Positions 11,440 through 21,943 of a stretch of DNA of 64,000 nucleotides are shown piece after piece (the first letter of the stretch is position 1; the number at the start of each line of letters is the position of its first letter). The position numbers and the translations under genes are program-made. The notes under the pieces are model-generated. The model searched no databases. It was not told the DNA's origin and saw only the letters and a list, made by a program, of their open reading frames with translations. The DNA lies in contig OZ244207.1 of NCBI GenBank assembly GCA_965216875.1, forward strand, positions 4,384,001-4,448,000, written 5' to 3'. The stretch is from Rubripirellula sp. Its GTDB lineage: Bacteria; Planctomycetota; Planctomycetia; Pirellulales; Pirellulaceae.

Positions 11440-12396
11440 TCAACGCTGTTTGGGATCGATTCCAGCGTCTTTTAGCATCAGTTGCAGGTCTTGCCAGGCC
11501 GCTTTTTTGGCCGCCGGATTTCGCAACAAATAAGCAGGGTGATAGGTCACAAGCACTTTGCTATCAAAATAGCGATGCAACTTTCCGCGCATTCGGCCGA
11601 CCGAAAGTTTACTTTTTAAAAGAGCTTGGCTGCTGACCGCACCGAGGCAAACGATGTACTCCGGACGCAAGATCGACAGTTGGGTTTCGAAGTAGGCGCG
11701 GCAGTTGCTGATTTCTTCGGGTTCGGGATTCCGGTTGCCTGGCGGTCGGCATTTGACCGTGTTCAAGATGTAGACATCTTCGCGCCGAAAGGTGCATGCT
11801 TCGATCATCTTGGTCAACAGTTGGCCAGCCTTTCCGACGAAGGGGCGTCCTGTCCGATCCTCGTCGGCTCCGGGTCCTTCGCCAAAAAAGGCAACACGCG
11901 GTGCGGGACTTCCTTCGCCAAAGACCGTGTTGGTGCGGCAACCGACCAACGCCGGACAGGCGGTGCAGCCGGCCACCTGCTGGGCCAACCCATCGAGCTG
12001 AAGTTGGCGGTCGGCCAACGGCAAGGGTTCGCCTGGGTAGCTCCCCTCGTCGTTGTCGATCAACGAGACCGTCGCCATCCTGGTTGCGGGAGCTGGCGGC
12101 GGGCCTGATGACACTGGGCCCGATGACGCTGGGCCCGGCGGCGCAGGCACGGGTGATTGAGCGGCCTCTGTTTGAGAGGCCGATTGAATCGGGGCGACCG
12201 GTGCCGCCGGCGTCGAATCGCCCGTCGCGTCCGGTGCAGCGGACTGCTGAGACACCGTGCCGAACCCGGCCTGCAACTGGGCGACCGTTGCTTCGTCGGC
12301 GGCTGGCAGAAACTGAACGCCTTGCCGCTGCAAGTGAGCAGCAAGTGCAGAGGCTTGATCGGCCAATTCGGAGGGTGGTGTCTCGGATGAATTCAT
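11440..12396 (-). CDS. Uracil-DNA glycosylase, family 4 (Fe-S), with Pro/Ala-rich N-terminal extension
   Basis: CTAC, GEGPGADED, GRPFVGKAG, KCRPPGNR, TYHPAYLLR. Confidence 0.95.
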   Translation of the reverse strand: MNSSETPPSELADQASALAAHLQRQGVQFLPAADEATVAQLQAGFGTVSQQSAAPDATGDSTPAAPVAPIQSASQTEAAQSPVPAPPGPASSGPVSSGPPPAPATRMATVSLIDNDEGSYPGEPLPLADRQLQLDGLAQQVAGCTACPALVGCRTNTVFGEGSPAPRVAFFGEGPGADEDRTGRPFVGKAGQLLTKMIEACTFRREDVYILNTVKCRPPGNRNPEPEEISNCRAYFETQLSILRPEYIVCLGAVSSQALLKSKLSVGRMRGKLHRYFDSKVLVTYHPAYLLRNPAAKKAAWQDLQLMLKDAGIDPKQR

Positions 12397-12522
12397 GCCG
12401 AGATTGTAGCAATCCCTTCCGAGATTGTCGCAATCCTGGCGAACTCGATCAGTCGGGCCTATGTCTTTGGACCAAACCCGAATACGATCTCACGTTTGCC
12501 CCTTTCCGTCTGAGCCAGTCTG

Positions 12523-13869
12523 ATGCCCGTTCCACAAGTCGCCATTGTCGGTCGCCCCAACGTCGGCAAAAGCAGCCTCTTCAATTGGCTTGCTCGCCGC
12601 CGCTTGGCCATCGTGGATGACTTCGAGGGCGTGACGCGTGATCGCATGACAACGCTGATCGAGTCAGACGAGCGTTTCTTTGAATTGGTCGACACCGGCG
12701 GAATGGGCATCGACGACCCCGACGACCTGACCGCAGACGTCCGGCGACAGATCGAATTGGCGATCAACTCAGCCGACGTGATCCTGTTGGTGGTGGACGT
12801 CCAAAGTGGTCCCATGCCACTGGATGAAATGGTTGCCGAACGGCTTCGCGGCATCGAACGCCCCGTGATCCTGGTCGCCAACAAAGCGGACCAGTCGCAT
12901 CACGACATTCACGCAGAAGAGTTTCATCGACTCGGCCGCGGCCACCTGATTCGAGTCAGTACGACTCAAAATCGCAACCGCGACGAATTGATGGAATTGA
13001 TCGTTGATCGATTGCCCGAGGCGGGCGACGAAGTGATTGGCGAGCCACAGATGAAGCTTGCCATCGTCGGTCGGCGTAACGTGGGCAAAAGCACGTTCGT
13101 CAACACGCTTTCGGAAGCGGACCGGATGATCGTCAGCGAAGTGCCAGGGACGACGCGTGACAGTGTCGACGTGCACTTTGAAATGGACGGCCAAACGTTC
13201 ATCGCCATTGACACACCGGGACTGCGTAAACGCAAAAGCCAACGAACCGACCTTGAGTTTTATGGGACGCATCGCGCCCAGCGAAGCATCCGCCGCGCCG
13301 ACGTTGTGTTGATGTTCTTTGACGCCACCGAAACGGTCAGCAAAGTTGACAAGCAGTTGATGGGCTATGTGATCGACAATCACAAACCGTGCATCTTTGT
13401 GATCAACAAGTGGGACCAACTGCATGGCACGATGCCGACCGACCGCTGGGTTCGCTACCTGCGCGGGCAATTCCCGACACTCGCCTACGCACCGATCGCT
13501 TTCATCACGGGCCAAACTGGCAAGAACGTCAAAGCGCTGCTGAACCATGCAACCATGTTGTACAAGCAAGCCCGCGAACGCGTTTCGACCGGCATGCTGA
13601 ACCGAATCATTCGGGCCGCAGTCGAAGCGCACCAACCGCCGATGTACCAGAACCGTCGGCCAAAAATTTACTACGCAACCCAGGTTGCGAGTGAACCGCC
13701 AACGATCGTCTTGATGTGCAGCGACCCCAAGGCATTCGGCAAAGACTACCGGCGTTACTTGCTGGGCGTCCTGCGCGATCACCTGTCGTTTGGCGAAGTC
13801 CCCATCAAGCTGTACTTGCACAAACGCCATCGCAAAGACGACGGCGACCCCAACCAGCAAGAATCGTAG
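12523..13869 (+). CDS. der: Ribosome biogenesis GTPase Der (EngA)
   Basis: Two G domains (GRPNVGKS/DTGG/NKAD and GRRNVGKS/DTPG/NKWD) plus a KH-like C-terminus. Confidence 0.97.
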   Translation: MPVPQVAIVGRPNVGKSSLFNWLARRRLAIVDDFEGVTRDRMTTLIESDERFFELVDTGGMGIDDPDDLTADVRRQIELAINSADVILLVVDVQSGPMPLDEMVAERLRGIERPVILVANKADQSHHDIHAEEFHRLGRGHLIRVSTTQNRNRDELMELIVDRLPEAGDEVIGEPQMKLAIVGRRNVGKSTFVNTLSEADRMIVSEVPGTTRDSVDVHFEMDGQTFIAIDTPGLRKRKSQRTDLEFYGTHRAQRSIRRADVVLMFFDATETVSKVDKQLMGYVIDNHKPCIFVINKWDQLHGTMPTDRWVRYLRGQFPTLAYAPIAFITGQTGKNVKALLNHATMLYKQARERVSTGMLNRIIRAAVEAHQPPMYQNRRPKIYYATQVASEPPTIVLMCSDPKAFGKDYRRYLLGVLRDHLSFGEVPIKLYLHKRHRKDDGDPNQQES

Positions 13870-13967
13870 GGTGCGTGCTTGCACGCACCAACAAGGTCGC
13901 AAGGTGTGTGCTTGCACGCACCAATCCAAACCCTGATCCGGGCGGTGCGTGCAAGCACGCCCCCTAC
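13866..13967. repeat. GTAG-type REP cluster (gtagggtgcgtgcttgcacgcacc family)
   Basis: Three copies in mixed orientation; the family recurs at 29354-29572, 33099-33281, 38741-38797 and 53767-53825. Confidence 0.9.
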
Positions 13968-14358
13968 CTCACGCTCCCATTTGGGTGCCTTCCCCCGCCT
14001 TTTGCGGGGTCGATTTGACGACGATCTTGCGGACATGTGAAGCGTTATACCGAGCGGATTGCCGCAATTGGCTGGAATGCCAATTTTCCCTGGAAACTAA
14101 CCTTCAAATGAAATCGACTTTCTGTCGATACTCTTTGTTGGACTCGTCGGGCTGCCCCGATGAGGGACGGCCCATGCGGTCCACCAAGAAACCAATGCCC
14201 CAAGTAATAAACGGGTTTGCCAACGGAAGCGTCGATTTACGGTATGAATTGAAGGCGGCGCGCCCAGCGGAAAGCAAACGCTGACATCCACAACTGGTGA
14301 ACACACAGATCCGCAAGATGCGGGGCCCGAATGATTCGGGGAAGGAGAGGGTTCAGGG

Positions 14359-15348
14359 ATGAGGTGGTATTTGCTGGCAGCCGCCATGATCGGCTTGTCC
14401 ATATCGGAAGTGACGACCTTTGCTCAAAGGCCGCCCGCCGATCAACGTCTTGGCATCAGTCAATCAACGCCAGAAGACGCTGGCTTCTTTGCGACCACAG
14501 GCGTGGTCCGATTCCAACTCATCCAGGGCAGACTCTGCCTCGACGCGCCGCGTCATCGCAAGGGATCGCAAAGCCACGATGTGGGCGATGTTTACGAAAG
14601 CATCACGGTCACTGCCCAGCGAGGTATTCCCTCACTGCACTACGTCTGCCAAACGCCCGACCAACACCTGACACTCAGCGTGCAAGGTGCCAACTACGTA
14701 CGCATCGAATCGTTCCTTCCCAAGACAGGTGAACGATCGATCCTGGATCAACCTGAACTCGGCGTGATCAACTGGCAAACGGCACATGGCGAACTGAGCG
14801 AAGAACACGAGGGCGCCACACTGCTCCATGTCCGACAATGCAACTCGGGCAGCTTCGACCTGCACTATGGCCGGCTGATGGGTCGACTACTACGAGGAAA
14901 GACGATTCGTGCTTTGGCCAGTGCCACACAAACACGCTTGATCCAGCAAGCCGAGTTGGTCGAAGGCCCTCATTCGGATGCGATCGCTGAAACGGTCCGG
15001 CAACTTCGCGCGCCCAAACGGGCCGCTCGGATGCAGGCTCAGCAAAAACTGATTCACTGGGGAACGCCAATCATTCCGGTCGTTCAGTCACTCAACCCTG
15101 ACGACCTTGATGCCGAACAACGTGAACGCCTGCGTCACGTCCTTAGTCGACTCAAGCATCACGTCGATGACACGCCTGCGTCGATGGCCATGCTCTTGGT
15201 CAATGATCGTCACTACTGGAATTTGATCGCGCCCCGATTGAGTGAGCGTCAGGTGCAACTTGCCAATCATCATTTAACGCGAGCCGGTTTGGACGTGGTG
15301 ATGTTGCAAAGTCGCCCCGATGCCCGCATCGCCGCGAATAACGACTGA
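14359..15348 (+). CDS. Hypothetical secreted protein
   Basis: Signal peptide (TFA|Q) and a helical HEAT-like C-terminal region. Confidence 0.75.
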   Translation: MRWYLLAAAMIGLSISEVTTFAQRPPADQRLGISQSTPEDAGFFATTGVVRFQLIQGRLCLDAPRHRKGSQSHDVGDVYESITVTAQRGIPSLHYVCQTPDQHLTLSVQGANYVRIESFLPKTGERSILDQPELGVINWQTAHGELSEEHEGATLLHVRQCNSGSFDLHYGRLMGRLLRGKTIRALASATQTRLIQQAELVEGPHSDAIAETVRQLRAPKRAARMQAQQKLIHWGTPIIPVVQSLNPDDLDAEQRERLRHVLSRLKHHVDDTPASMAMLLVNDRHYWNLIAPRLSERQVQLANHHLTRAGLDVVMLQSRPDARIAANND

Positions 15349-15360
15349 TCGTCGTAGGTA

Positions 15361-15453
15361 TGAACCGCAGAGCGATCGCTCGCGGTTCACCGCCTTCTGT
15401 GTAGGTCATGCTCCGCATGACAAATGACCGGTGTCATGCACAGCATGACCTAC
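15361..15453. repeat. REP cluster (aaccgc..gcggtt palindrome plus gtaggtcatgctccgcatgac doublet)
   Basis: Inverted gtaggtcatg/catgacctac pair; copies also at 19554, 62066 and 62220. Confidence 0.8.
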
Positions 15454-16902
15454 TCAATCTTGCAGTGACTCGACCACGGCACAGCCACACGAATCGCTCC
15501 AAACGTTGACCGACGTTCGGCACATGTCCAAGACTCGGTCCACCGCAAGGATGATGCCTTGCATCTCGAGTGGCAGTCCCACGGCGTGCAAAATGATCGC
15601 CATCATCACCAAACCTGCGTGTGGGATCCCGGCCGCCCCAACACTGGCAACCAACGCCGTCAGCGCGACCACAATCTGCTGACTCAGTGGCAAGTTCTGG
15701 CCGAAATGCAGCTGAGCGATAAACAAGACCGCGACCGCTTCGTAGAGCGCCGTGCCATCCATATTGATCGTCGCGCCCAAAGGCAGCACAAACGAACCGG
15801 TACGGTTACTGATCCCCGCCCGCTTTTCCACACACGAGAGGGTCAGCGGAAGCGTGCCGTTGCTACTGGCGCTGCTGAACGCGGTCAACAACGCAGGTGC
15901 CATCGCGCGTGCGTATTGAATCGGCGACCTTTTGGCAAAGAATTTCAGAATCAACGGCAGCGTGATCGCCGCATGCACCAGCAACGCTACGGCAACCGAG
16001 ACGCAGTACCAAGCGAGTGACACGAAGATCGCCGAGCCCTGCGTTGCGGTGACACTCGCGATCAAAAAGAAGACTCCGATCGGCGCCAGTGCGATGATGG
16101 CCATCGTCATCGCCATCATCACTTCAAAACCATCCGAAGCCAAGGTTTCAATTCGCTTGCCAACCTCGCCACCCACCTTGGCGGCAAAGAGCGAGAAGGC
16201 AACGGTGAAAGCGATGATCGACAAGAACTTGGGCTGAACCAACGCGCCCAGCGGATTCTTGGGGATCATCGCTTCGAGTTGCTCGAATAGCACTTCGCCA
16301 AGCGGCTTGGCTTCGCTGACAGTCGCGGCGACGGCGGCCGCTTCAACGTTGATCAATCCAGGACGAAAGACGTTCACCACGATCAAGCCGGTCACGATCG
16401 CCAGCATACTTGTGATCAAGTAGTAACTAATCGTGTGACGAAACATGCGTCCCACTCCATCGCCGCTGCCGAGCCCCATGATGCCCGACATCAACGAGGT
16501 CACGATCAACGGCACGGCAACCATTTGCAGCATACGCAGAAACAGGCCGCCAATGCGTTTGAACCACCCGCCGATCCGCTTTGCTGCACTGCGTCCGTGT
16601 TGGTCGTACAACGCGGCCAGTTCTGGCTGCGATTGAGCAAGTTTGTCTGCCGACCGATAAACCCCCTTGGCCCGCGATGAAGGATCGATGGTGTAAGTCG
16701 TTTCGCCCTCTGCCCCAGTGACAACAATCGTGGTGCGGTTGGAACTGTCTTCGATCACGACCGAGCTGATCCCACTGGGCAGCAACTCGGCTTGATCGAT
16801 GGTCGTCGACTTGGACGAAAAGCCCAGGTTCAATCCGATCCCAACGATCGAACCGGCGATCATCCCGATGAGAATTTGCCAATGCAAAGCCAAACGCATC
16901 AT
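15454..16902 (-). CDS. Dicarboxylate/amino acid:cation symporter (DAACS/GltP family)
   Basis: LHWQILIG, FLRMLQMVAVP, AFSSASSNGTLP, GATINMDGTALY, DRVLDMCRTSVNV. Confidence 0.95.
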   Translation of the reverse strand: MMRLALHWQILIGMIAGSIVGIGLNLGFSSKSTTIDQAELLPSGISSVVIEDSSNRTTIVVTGAEGETTYTIDPSSRAKGVYRSADKLAQSQPELAALYDQHGRSAAKRIGGWFKRIGGLFLRMLQMVAVPLIVTSLMSGIMGLGSGDGVGRMFRHTISYYLITSMLAIVTGLIVVNVFRPGLINVEAAAVAATVSEAKPLGEVLFEQLEAMIPKNPLGALVQPKFLSIIAFTVAFSLFAAKVGGEVGKRIETLASDGFEVMMAMTMAIIALAPIGVFFLIASVTATQGSAIFVSLAWYCVSVAVALLVHAAITLPLILKFFAKRSPIQYARAMAPALLTAFSSASSNGTLPLTLSCVEKRAGISNRTGSFVLPLGATINMDGTALYEAVAVLFIAQLHFGQNLPLSQQIVVALTALVASVGAAGIPHAGLVMMAIILHAVGLPLEMQGIILAVDRVLDMCRTSVNVWSDSCGCAVVESLQD

Positions 16903-16909
16903 GCGATTT

Positions 16910-17296
16910 TCAATCCAATTCGTCAGTGGCAAGGACGTAGGCGGTCGCGTGTGTGCGACAAGCGCCAAAAGAGATGTGCACCTTTTCGATACCGACCTGT
17001 TCGGCCCAATGTGCCGCGGCACCCGAGAGCGCGATCAACGGGCCTTCACCGGCGCTGATCACGATTTCAATATCGGTCCAACGAACACCTTGGTTGCGGC
17101 ACCGCATCGCCTTCATCACCGCTTCTTTGGCGGCCCATCGTTTGGCAAGGTGCTGGTTCGCGTTGGCTGTGCGCAAGCAGTATTCAATTTCGTCGGCGGT
17201 ATAAACTCGCTCAAGAAACTGCTCGCCATGCGTTTCGACCATCTTGGCAATGCGAACGCATTCGACGATTTCGGTACCGATGCCCAGGATCGCCAT
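16910..17296 (-). CDS. acpS: Holo-ACP synthase
   Basis: ILGIGTEIVE and RWAAKEAVMKA motifs. Confidence 0.9.
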   Translation of the reverse strand: MAILGIGTEIVECVRIAKMVETHGEQFLERVYTADEIEYCLRTANANQHLAKRWAAKEAVMKAMRCRNQGVRWTDIEIVISAGEGPLIALSGAAAHWAEQVGIEKVHISFGACRTHATAYVLATDELD

Positions 17297-17366
17297 CGTG
17301 TTGTTGGGATTGAGAAGGCGCGTCGGCGACGCGGACCGATGCCCGCATCGCGATGAATCAATCCCT

Positions 17367-18335
17367 CTATCGTAACCCACACGCGGTACGTGCGCGGTCC
17401 AATACCCCGCTGGCGACTTCCCGAGCGCGATCGGCCCCCGCCCTAAGCGTGTCGCGAACGTAGTCGAGGTTGCCTTCGAGATCCTTGCGCCGTGCGCGTG
17501 CGTCGGCGAAATAAGATTCGCTCGCCTCGGCGACTGCCTTTTTCACTTCGCCGTATCCAAATCCGCCACGTCGGTACATCGCCGCCATCGACTCGACCTC
17601 TTCGTCCGATGCGAACAGGCGATAGAGCTGGAACAAATGGTCGTCTTCAGGTTCCTTGGGATCTTCCATCGGACGGCTGTCGGTGGTGATCCGCATGATC
17701 TGTTTGCGAATCGGTTTCTCCTCGCCAAACAGCGGCAGAGTGTTGCCGTAACTCTTGCTCATCTTCTGGCCGTCTGTCCCTGGGACCTTAGCGCCATCCT
17801 CGAGCGTCTTGGCCTTGGGCAAGACGAATGTCTCGCCAAACTGATGGTTGAAGCTGCCAGCGATATCGCGGCAGACCTCGATGTGCTGGACTTGGTCGGC
17901 GCCGACCGGAACGATCTGGCTGTCGTAAGCCAGAATGTCAGCGGCCTGCAAAACGGGATAGGTGAACAGGCCTGCGTCGGAGGAAATCCCCGCCTCCTTC
18001 TTTTCCTTGTAGGCCACGCATCGTTCGAGCAGTCCCATTGGCGTGCCGGTCATCAAGATCCAACACAACTCAGGAATCTCGGGCACATGCGACTGGATAA
18101 AAAGGGTCGCCTTGGCCGGATCGAGACCGAGGGCGAGCAGATCCATCGCCGTGTCCATGACGTGGCCACGCAAGTCGTCCCCTTTATTACTGCGGACCGT
18201 TGTCAGCGCGTGAAAGTCGGCTACGAAATAGAACCCCTCGTTCTCTTCCTGCAACTGGATGTATTGGCGAATCGCACCAAAGTAGTTTCCCCAGTGAGGA
18301 CGGCCGGTAGGTTGGATGCCGGAAAGGACGCGCAT
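17367..18335 (-). CDS. trpS: Tryptophan-tRNA ligase
   Basis: [33 protein letters not shown]. Confidence 0.97.
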   Translation of the reverse strand: MRVLSGIQPTGRPHWGNYFGAIRQYIQLQEENEGFYFVADFHALTTVRSNKGDDLRGHVMDTAMDLLALGLDPAKATLFIQSHVPEIPELCWILMTGTPMGLLERCVAYKEKKEAGISSDAGLFTYPVLQAADILAYDSQIVPVGADQVQHIEVCRDIAGSFNHQFGETFVLPKAKTLEDGAKVPGTDGQKMSKSYGNTLPLFGEEKPIRKQIMRITTDSRPMEDPKEPEDDHLFQLYRLFASDEEVESMAAMYRRGGFGYGEVKKAVAEASESYFADARARRKDLEGNLDYVRDTLRAGADRAREVASGVLDRARTACGLR

Positions 18336-18432
18336 AGCAAACAGATCAAGTTTCGCGGTGAAGTTGAATTAGGGACGCCCAGATTGTGTCTTAAATCAGG
18401 GGGCAGTCGCTAGCCCCGGCAATCTCGGCAAC

Positions 18433-18494
18433 GGTTCGTAGTACCGGCTTTAGCCGGATGATCGCCTATCCGCCTAAGGGCGGTACTACGAACC
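18433..18494. repeat. GTAG-type REP doublet
   Basis: ggttcgtagtaccggctttagccgga..tccgcctaagggcggtactacgaacc. Confidence 0.8.
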
Positions 18495-18509
18495 GACACC
18501 CATCCAGAA

Positions 18510-19478
18510 TCAAGGATGCAGGAAGCGATAGCCGGCCGAACGCATGAGGGCAAAGGTAAAGACGGGCGAGATGAAGATCGCCGCCAATCCGACGATTGCA
18601 TAAATCGCCAATCCCACCATTTCATCGGCATCCATCGAAAGGCCTTCCCCCATGATCACAAGCAGTCCGGCGTAGGAAAAAAAGGCGGCGATCACCGTCG
18701 AAAACGCAAACAGGATCGCATTGCGGACGATGTGACGTCGTCGTGCCGTCAGCATGATGCGCGCGAGGACACAGGAAAAGAGAGTCACAAACCCCACCGG
18801 CAGCGCAACGTACGCAAGCATCGCGAACACTTCAATCGACCAATACTCTTCTTGATCGCCAACGGCATACCGAACCGCTCCAAGGTAAATCGCAATCATC
18901 AGCGTACTGATCATGAGGTGGCGAATCTGAAGCTTCGGAGCTTCGCTCGGGTACCCTGGCGGAACAAGCCGCCAAGCACGCACCCAAACAAAAAGCTTTG
19001 CCACGAACCAACTGGCTACCACGATCGGCGGCACGTAGAGCAACAACGCTGGCAAGAAACCGTCAAGGCCCGCTTCTTCATTCATGCCCAGGGCAAGCAA
19101 CCCCGAACCGGCCACCACCGACGACGAAAAAAGTGTGCGCATTGTCTTTTCGGCAACCGACCGCGTTGAAAAAACGTGCGCTACGGCGGCCGTGCCAATT
19201 GCTCCGAGAAAGACGATGGTCGCATAGGCGTAAAACATCGACGACGCACACACCCCGAACACCGTCAACGCATGTGCGGCCAGGCAAATCCAGTAGTGGG
19301 CCGCCGGGCTGAGCGATGCCCGCACAACGATCTCTTTGGACTCGAGCTCGGCGAGTTGACGCTCAAGTTTTTCAACCCGTTCGGTAAGCGCCCGACAACC
19401 AACACAGGGAAGGGCCTGGGGATCAGGCGTGATGGGCGGGTCGCTTCGTAAAACAACGTCGTGAGGTTTCGTCGTCAT
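18510..19478 (-). CDS. Hypothetical polytopic membrane protein
   Basis: About 8 hydrophobic segments; N-terminal CxxC plus short coiled coil. Confidence 0.75.
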   Translation of the reverse strand: MTTKPHDVVLRSDPPITPDPQALPCVGCRALTERVEKLERQLAELESKEIVVRASLSPAAHYWICLAAHALTVFGVCASSMFYAYATIVFLGAIGTAAVAHVFSTRSVAEKTMRTLFSSSVVAGSGLLALGMNEEAGLDGFLPALLLYVPPIVVASWFVAKLFVWVRAWRLVPPGYPSEAPKLQIRHLMISTLMIAIYLGAVRYAVGDQEEYWSIEVFAMLAYVALPVGFVTLFSCVLARIMLTARRRHIVRNAILFAFSTVIAAFFSYAGLLVIMGEGLSMDADEMVGLAIYAIVGLAAIFISPVFTFALMRSAGYRFLHP

Positions 19479-19586
19479 TCGAAAACCATCCTTGCTGTTT
19501 GCGGCCGTGAAGTTTGTAGTACCGCCTTCAGGCGGCAAGCGACAAACGCTCTGTCATGCACAGCATGACCTACCCAAACCAACATA

Positions 19587-21584
19587 TCAGCAATTGGGAC
19601 CGCCTGCGGATGTGGCGGCAGCTGGCGTGACCGTTTCGACGATCCCTTTGACCTTGGGCCACAAAATGATCGCTTCGACAAGCATCCAGACTTCCAAGGC
19701 GATCGTTGCCACGCCCACGACGATGACAACCCAATTCGGATTCTCGGCTGCCAGCCAACCGGGCAACTCCGTCAACATCGCCCAAGCTGGCATGATCAAC
19801 ATAAAGATCATCGGAATCACGATGAACCAAACGGGGATACTGCGGCGCCACAAAAAGAACGACACCACCAAAAACGCGAGTCCGGCGAGCAATTGATTGG
19901 TGGCCCCAAAGAGCGGCCACAAAATCATGCCTCCTTTTCCCGCGTGGGTGGTGAGCCACCACGACAAACCGCTTGCGCCTCCGGCGGTCGCGGCGGCGGG
20001 CAGCTCGGGGTTAGCTTCCACGTACTCGGCCGGCAATTCACCGGAGATGGCATCGCCGAACGAAACGGGAGTATTGGGGGCAGGCAGCGCCGCGATCACC
20101 AGAGCCAACGTCACAGCAAAGATCGTCGCGCCATGCTTGTTCGTTAACCAAACGAGCGGATTGAATGAAGTCCCCGACGAGCCACCGCCGCCCGCTTCAC
20201 TCGGCCGCCCCACAAAGGTCGCAGCCAACTCTTGCACCACATAGCGTTGCAACCGGCAGGCCGTATCGAGTGTCGTGCCGGCAAACGAGGCAACCAACAC
20301 GCCCATGATCGCCACGGCGATCGAGGATGGCACCGACATCGCTTTCAAGAAGTTCGCCGATCCATCAACAAACGCGCCGACCTTCGCTGGCAGACCCTTG
20401 GCCGATCCCCAAGTCTCGTACCGAGCCATGTAGGCCGCTTCGCCCGTCAAGATTTCTCCCTCGCCACCGACCGCTGCCGTCGCACCAAGTCCAAGGCCAG
20501 CGACACAGGCAAGGATCACGAGCGTGGCAAGAAAGCCTTCAGTCAACATCGAACCGTAACCAACAAACTGGGCGTCGGTCTCGCACTTGATTTGTTTGCT
20601 CGATGTCCCCGATGAAACGAGACAATGAAAACCCGAGCAGGCACCACAAGCGATCGTGATGAACAAGAACGGGATGATCATCGGCGCCCCTTCGGGATTG
20701 GCGCGAATCATCGGCGCAGAGATTTCGAGTGGAATACGGTCGCCACCTTCCGCAATCGGCGCACCGCCAATCAATCCGGCAAAGACTAAACCGGCCACCA
20801 CCAATCCGAGCGCGGTGATCAGTTGCAGCGAATTGATGTAGTCCCGTGGTTGCAACAGCGTCCAAACAGGCAGCACTGATGCGACATAAGAATAGAGCAA
20901 TAGGATCACGACCCAGGTGATGACGGACCAACTTGCCATCATCGCATTGAGATCTCCGAGCACACCGGTGTCGCCAAAGATGAGTGTCAAGTACATCGTC
21001 GCGAGTGCGAGGAGCGACGGCATCAGCAAGTGCACGTTCTTTCGGTGCAGCCAAACCCCAATGGCGACCGCAATCGGAATTTGAACGAGGCAGGGAATGA
21101 TCGCGGCCGGGTACTGTTTGAACACCGAGGCGATCACCAACCCAAAGATGGCCAACACGATCGTGAGCGCCATGAAGAGGATGAGCAGGAACAGCAATCG
21201 AACGCGGCGGTTGAGAACACGACCGGCAACATCGCCAACCGTTTGTCCTTGGCTGCGCATCGACACAACGAGCGATCCAAAATCGTGGACGGCACCGACG
21301 AGGATCGAACCCAACAACACCCAGATCAGTGCAGGCAGCCACCCCCACATCACGGCGATGGCCGGTCCGACAATCGGGCCCGTCCCCGCGATCGAAGTGA
21401 AGTGATGACCGAAAAGGACGCTGCGGTCGGTCGGTACGTAATCGCGGTCGTCACACAATTCGACACTGGGAACGTTGGCCGCCGCATCGAGGCGAAAGAT
21501 CTTGCGGGCCAACCAGCGGCCGTAAGTGTGGTACGCGATCATGTACGCGACCATCGAACCGAGAGCGATAAGGAGAGTGGTCAT
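19587..21584 (-). CDS. cstA: Carbon starvation protein A (CstA-family transporter)
   Basis: DYVPT, GHHFTSIAGTGPIVGP, LLQPRDYIN, ITIACGACSGFH, WPLFGATNQLLA. Confidence 0.95.
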   Translation of the reverse strand: MTTLLIALGSMVAYMIAYHTYGRWLARKIFRLDAAANVPSVELCDDRDYVPTDRSVLFGHHFTSIAGTGPIVGPAIAVMWGWLPALIWVLLGSILVGAVHDFGSLVVSMRSQGQTVGDVAGRVLNRRVRLLFLLILFMALTIVLAIFGLVIASVFKQYPAAIIPCLVQIPIAVAIGVWLHRKNVHLLMPSLLALATMYLTLIFGDTGVLGDLNAMMASWSVITWVVILLLYSYVASVLPVWTLLQPRDYINSLQLITALGLVVAGLVFAGLIGGAPIAEGGDRIPLEISAPMIRANPEGAPMIIPFLFITIACGACSGFHCLVSSGTSSKQIKCETDAQFVGYGSMLTEGFLATLVILACVAGLGLGATAAVGGEGEILTGEAAYMARYETWGSAKGLPAKVGAFVDGSANFLKAMSVPSSIAVAIMGVLVASFAGTTLDTACRLQRYVVQELAATFVGRPSEAGGGGSSGTSFNPLVWLTNKHGATIFAVTLALVIAALPAPNTPVSFGDAISGELPAEYVEANPELPAAATAGGASGLSWWLTTHAGKGGMILWPLFGATNQLLAGLAFLVVSFFLWRRSIPVWFIVIPMIFMLIMPAWAMLTELPGWLAAENPNWVVIVVGVATIALEVWMLVEAIILWPKVKGIVETVTPAAATSAGGPNC

Positions 21585-21943
21585 TCGGCAGACGTATTGA
21601 TGGATTGAATAAGGTTGGACGAATGGGTGCGTGGTGAATCGGGGCCCGGCGAATCGGGACCAGAGTCCGCGAGGACCTGTGGATCACGGGGCATCCGAAA
21701 ATCGCTTCAACGGCCGAGCATTTTGCCCAAGGCGGTATTCGCGACGAAATAGCGATATTTCAGGAAGGGGACGCGGGTGGTGAACTCGCGAAAGCCCCTT
21801 ATACTAACGCGATTCTCGGCCTGATGGGCCCAATCCGCCGCTCGACGGGCTGCGTTCCGCCGCCTGACGGGCTGCGAATCACCACTCATCGGGTGCCGAA
21901 TCGAATAGAGACCTCGCTGTTACTAGTAGGGAGTGCGACGGCC

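Noticed and set aside
13980..14350. Riboswitch in a long intergenic region (also 53830-54220)
   Set aside because: Only isolated hairpins; no recognisable aptamer consensus.
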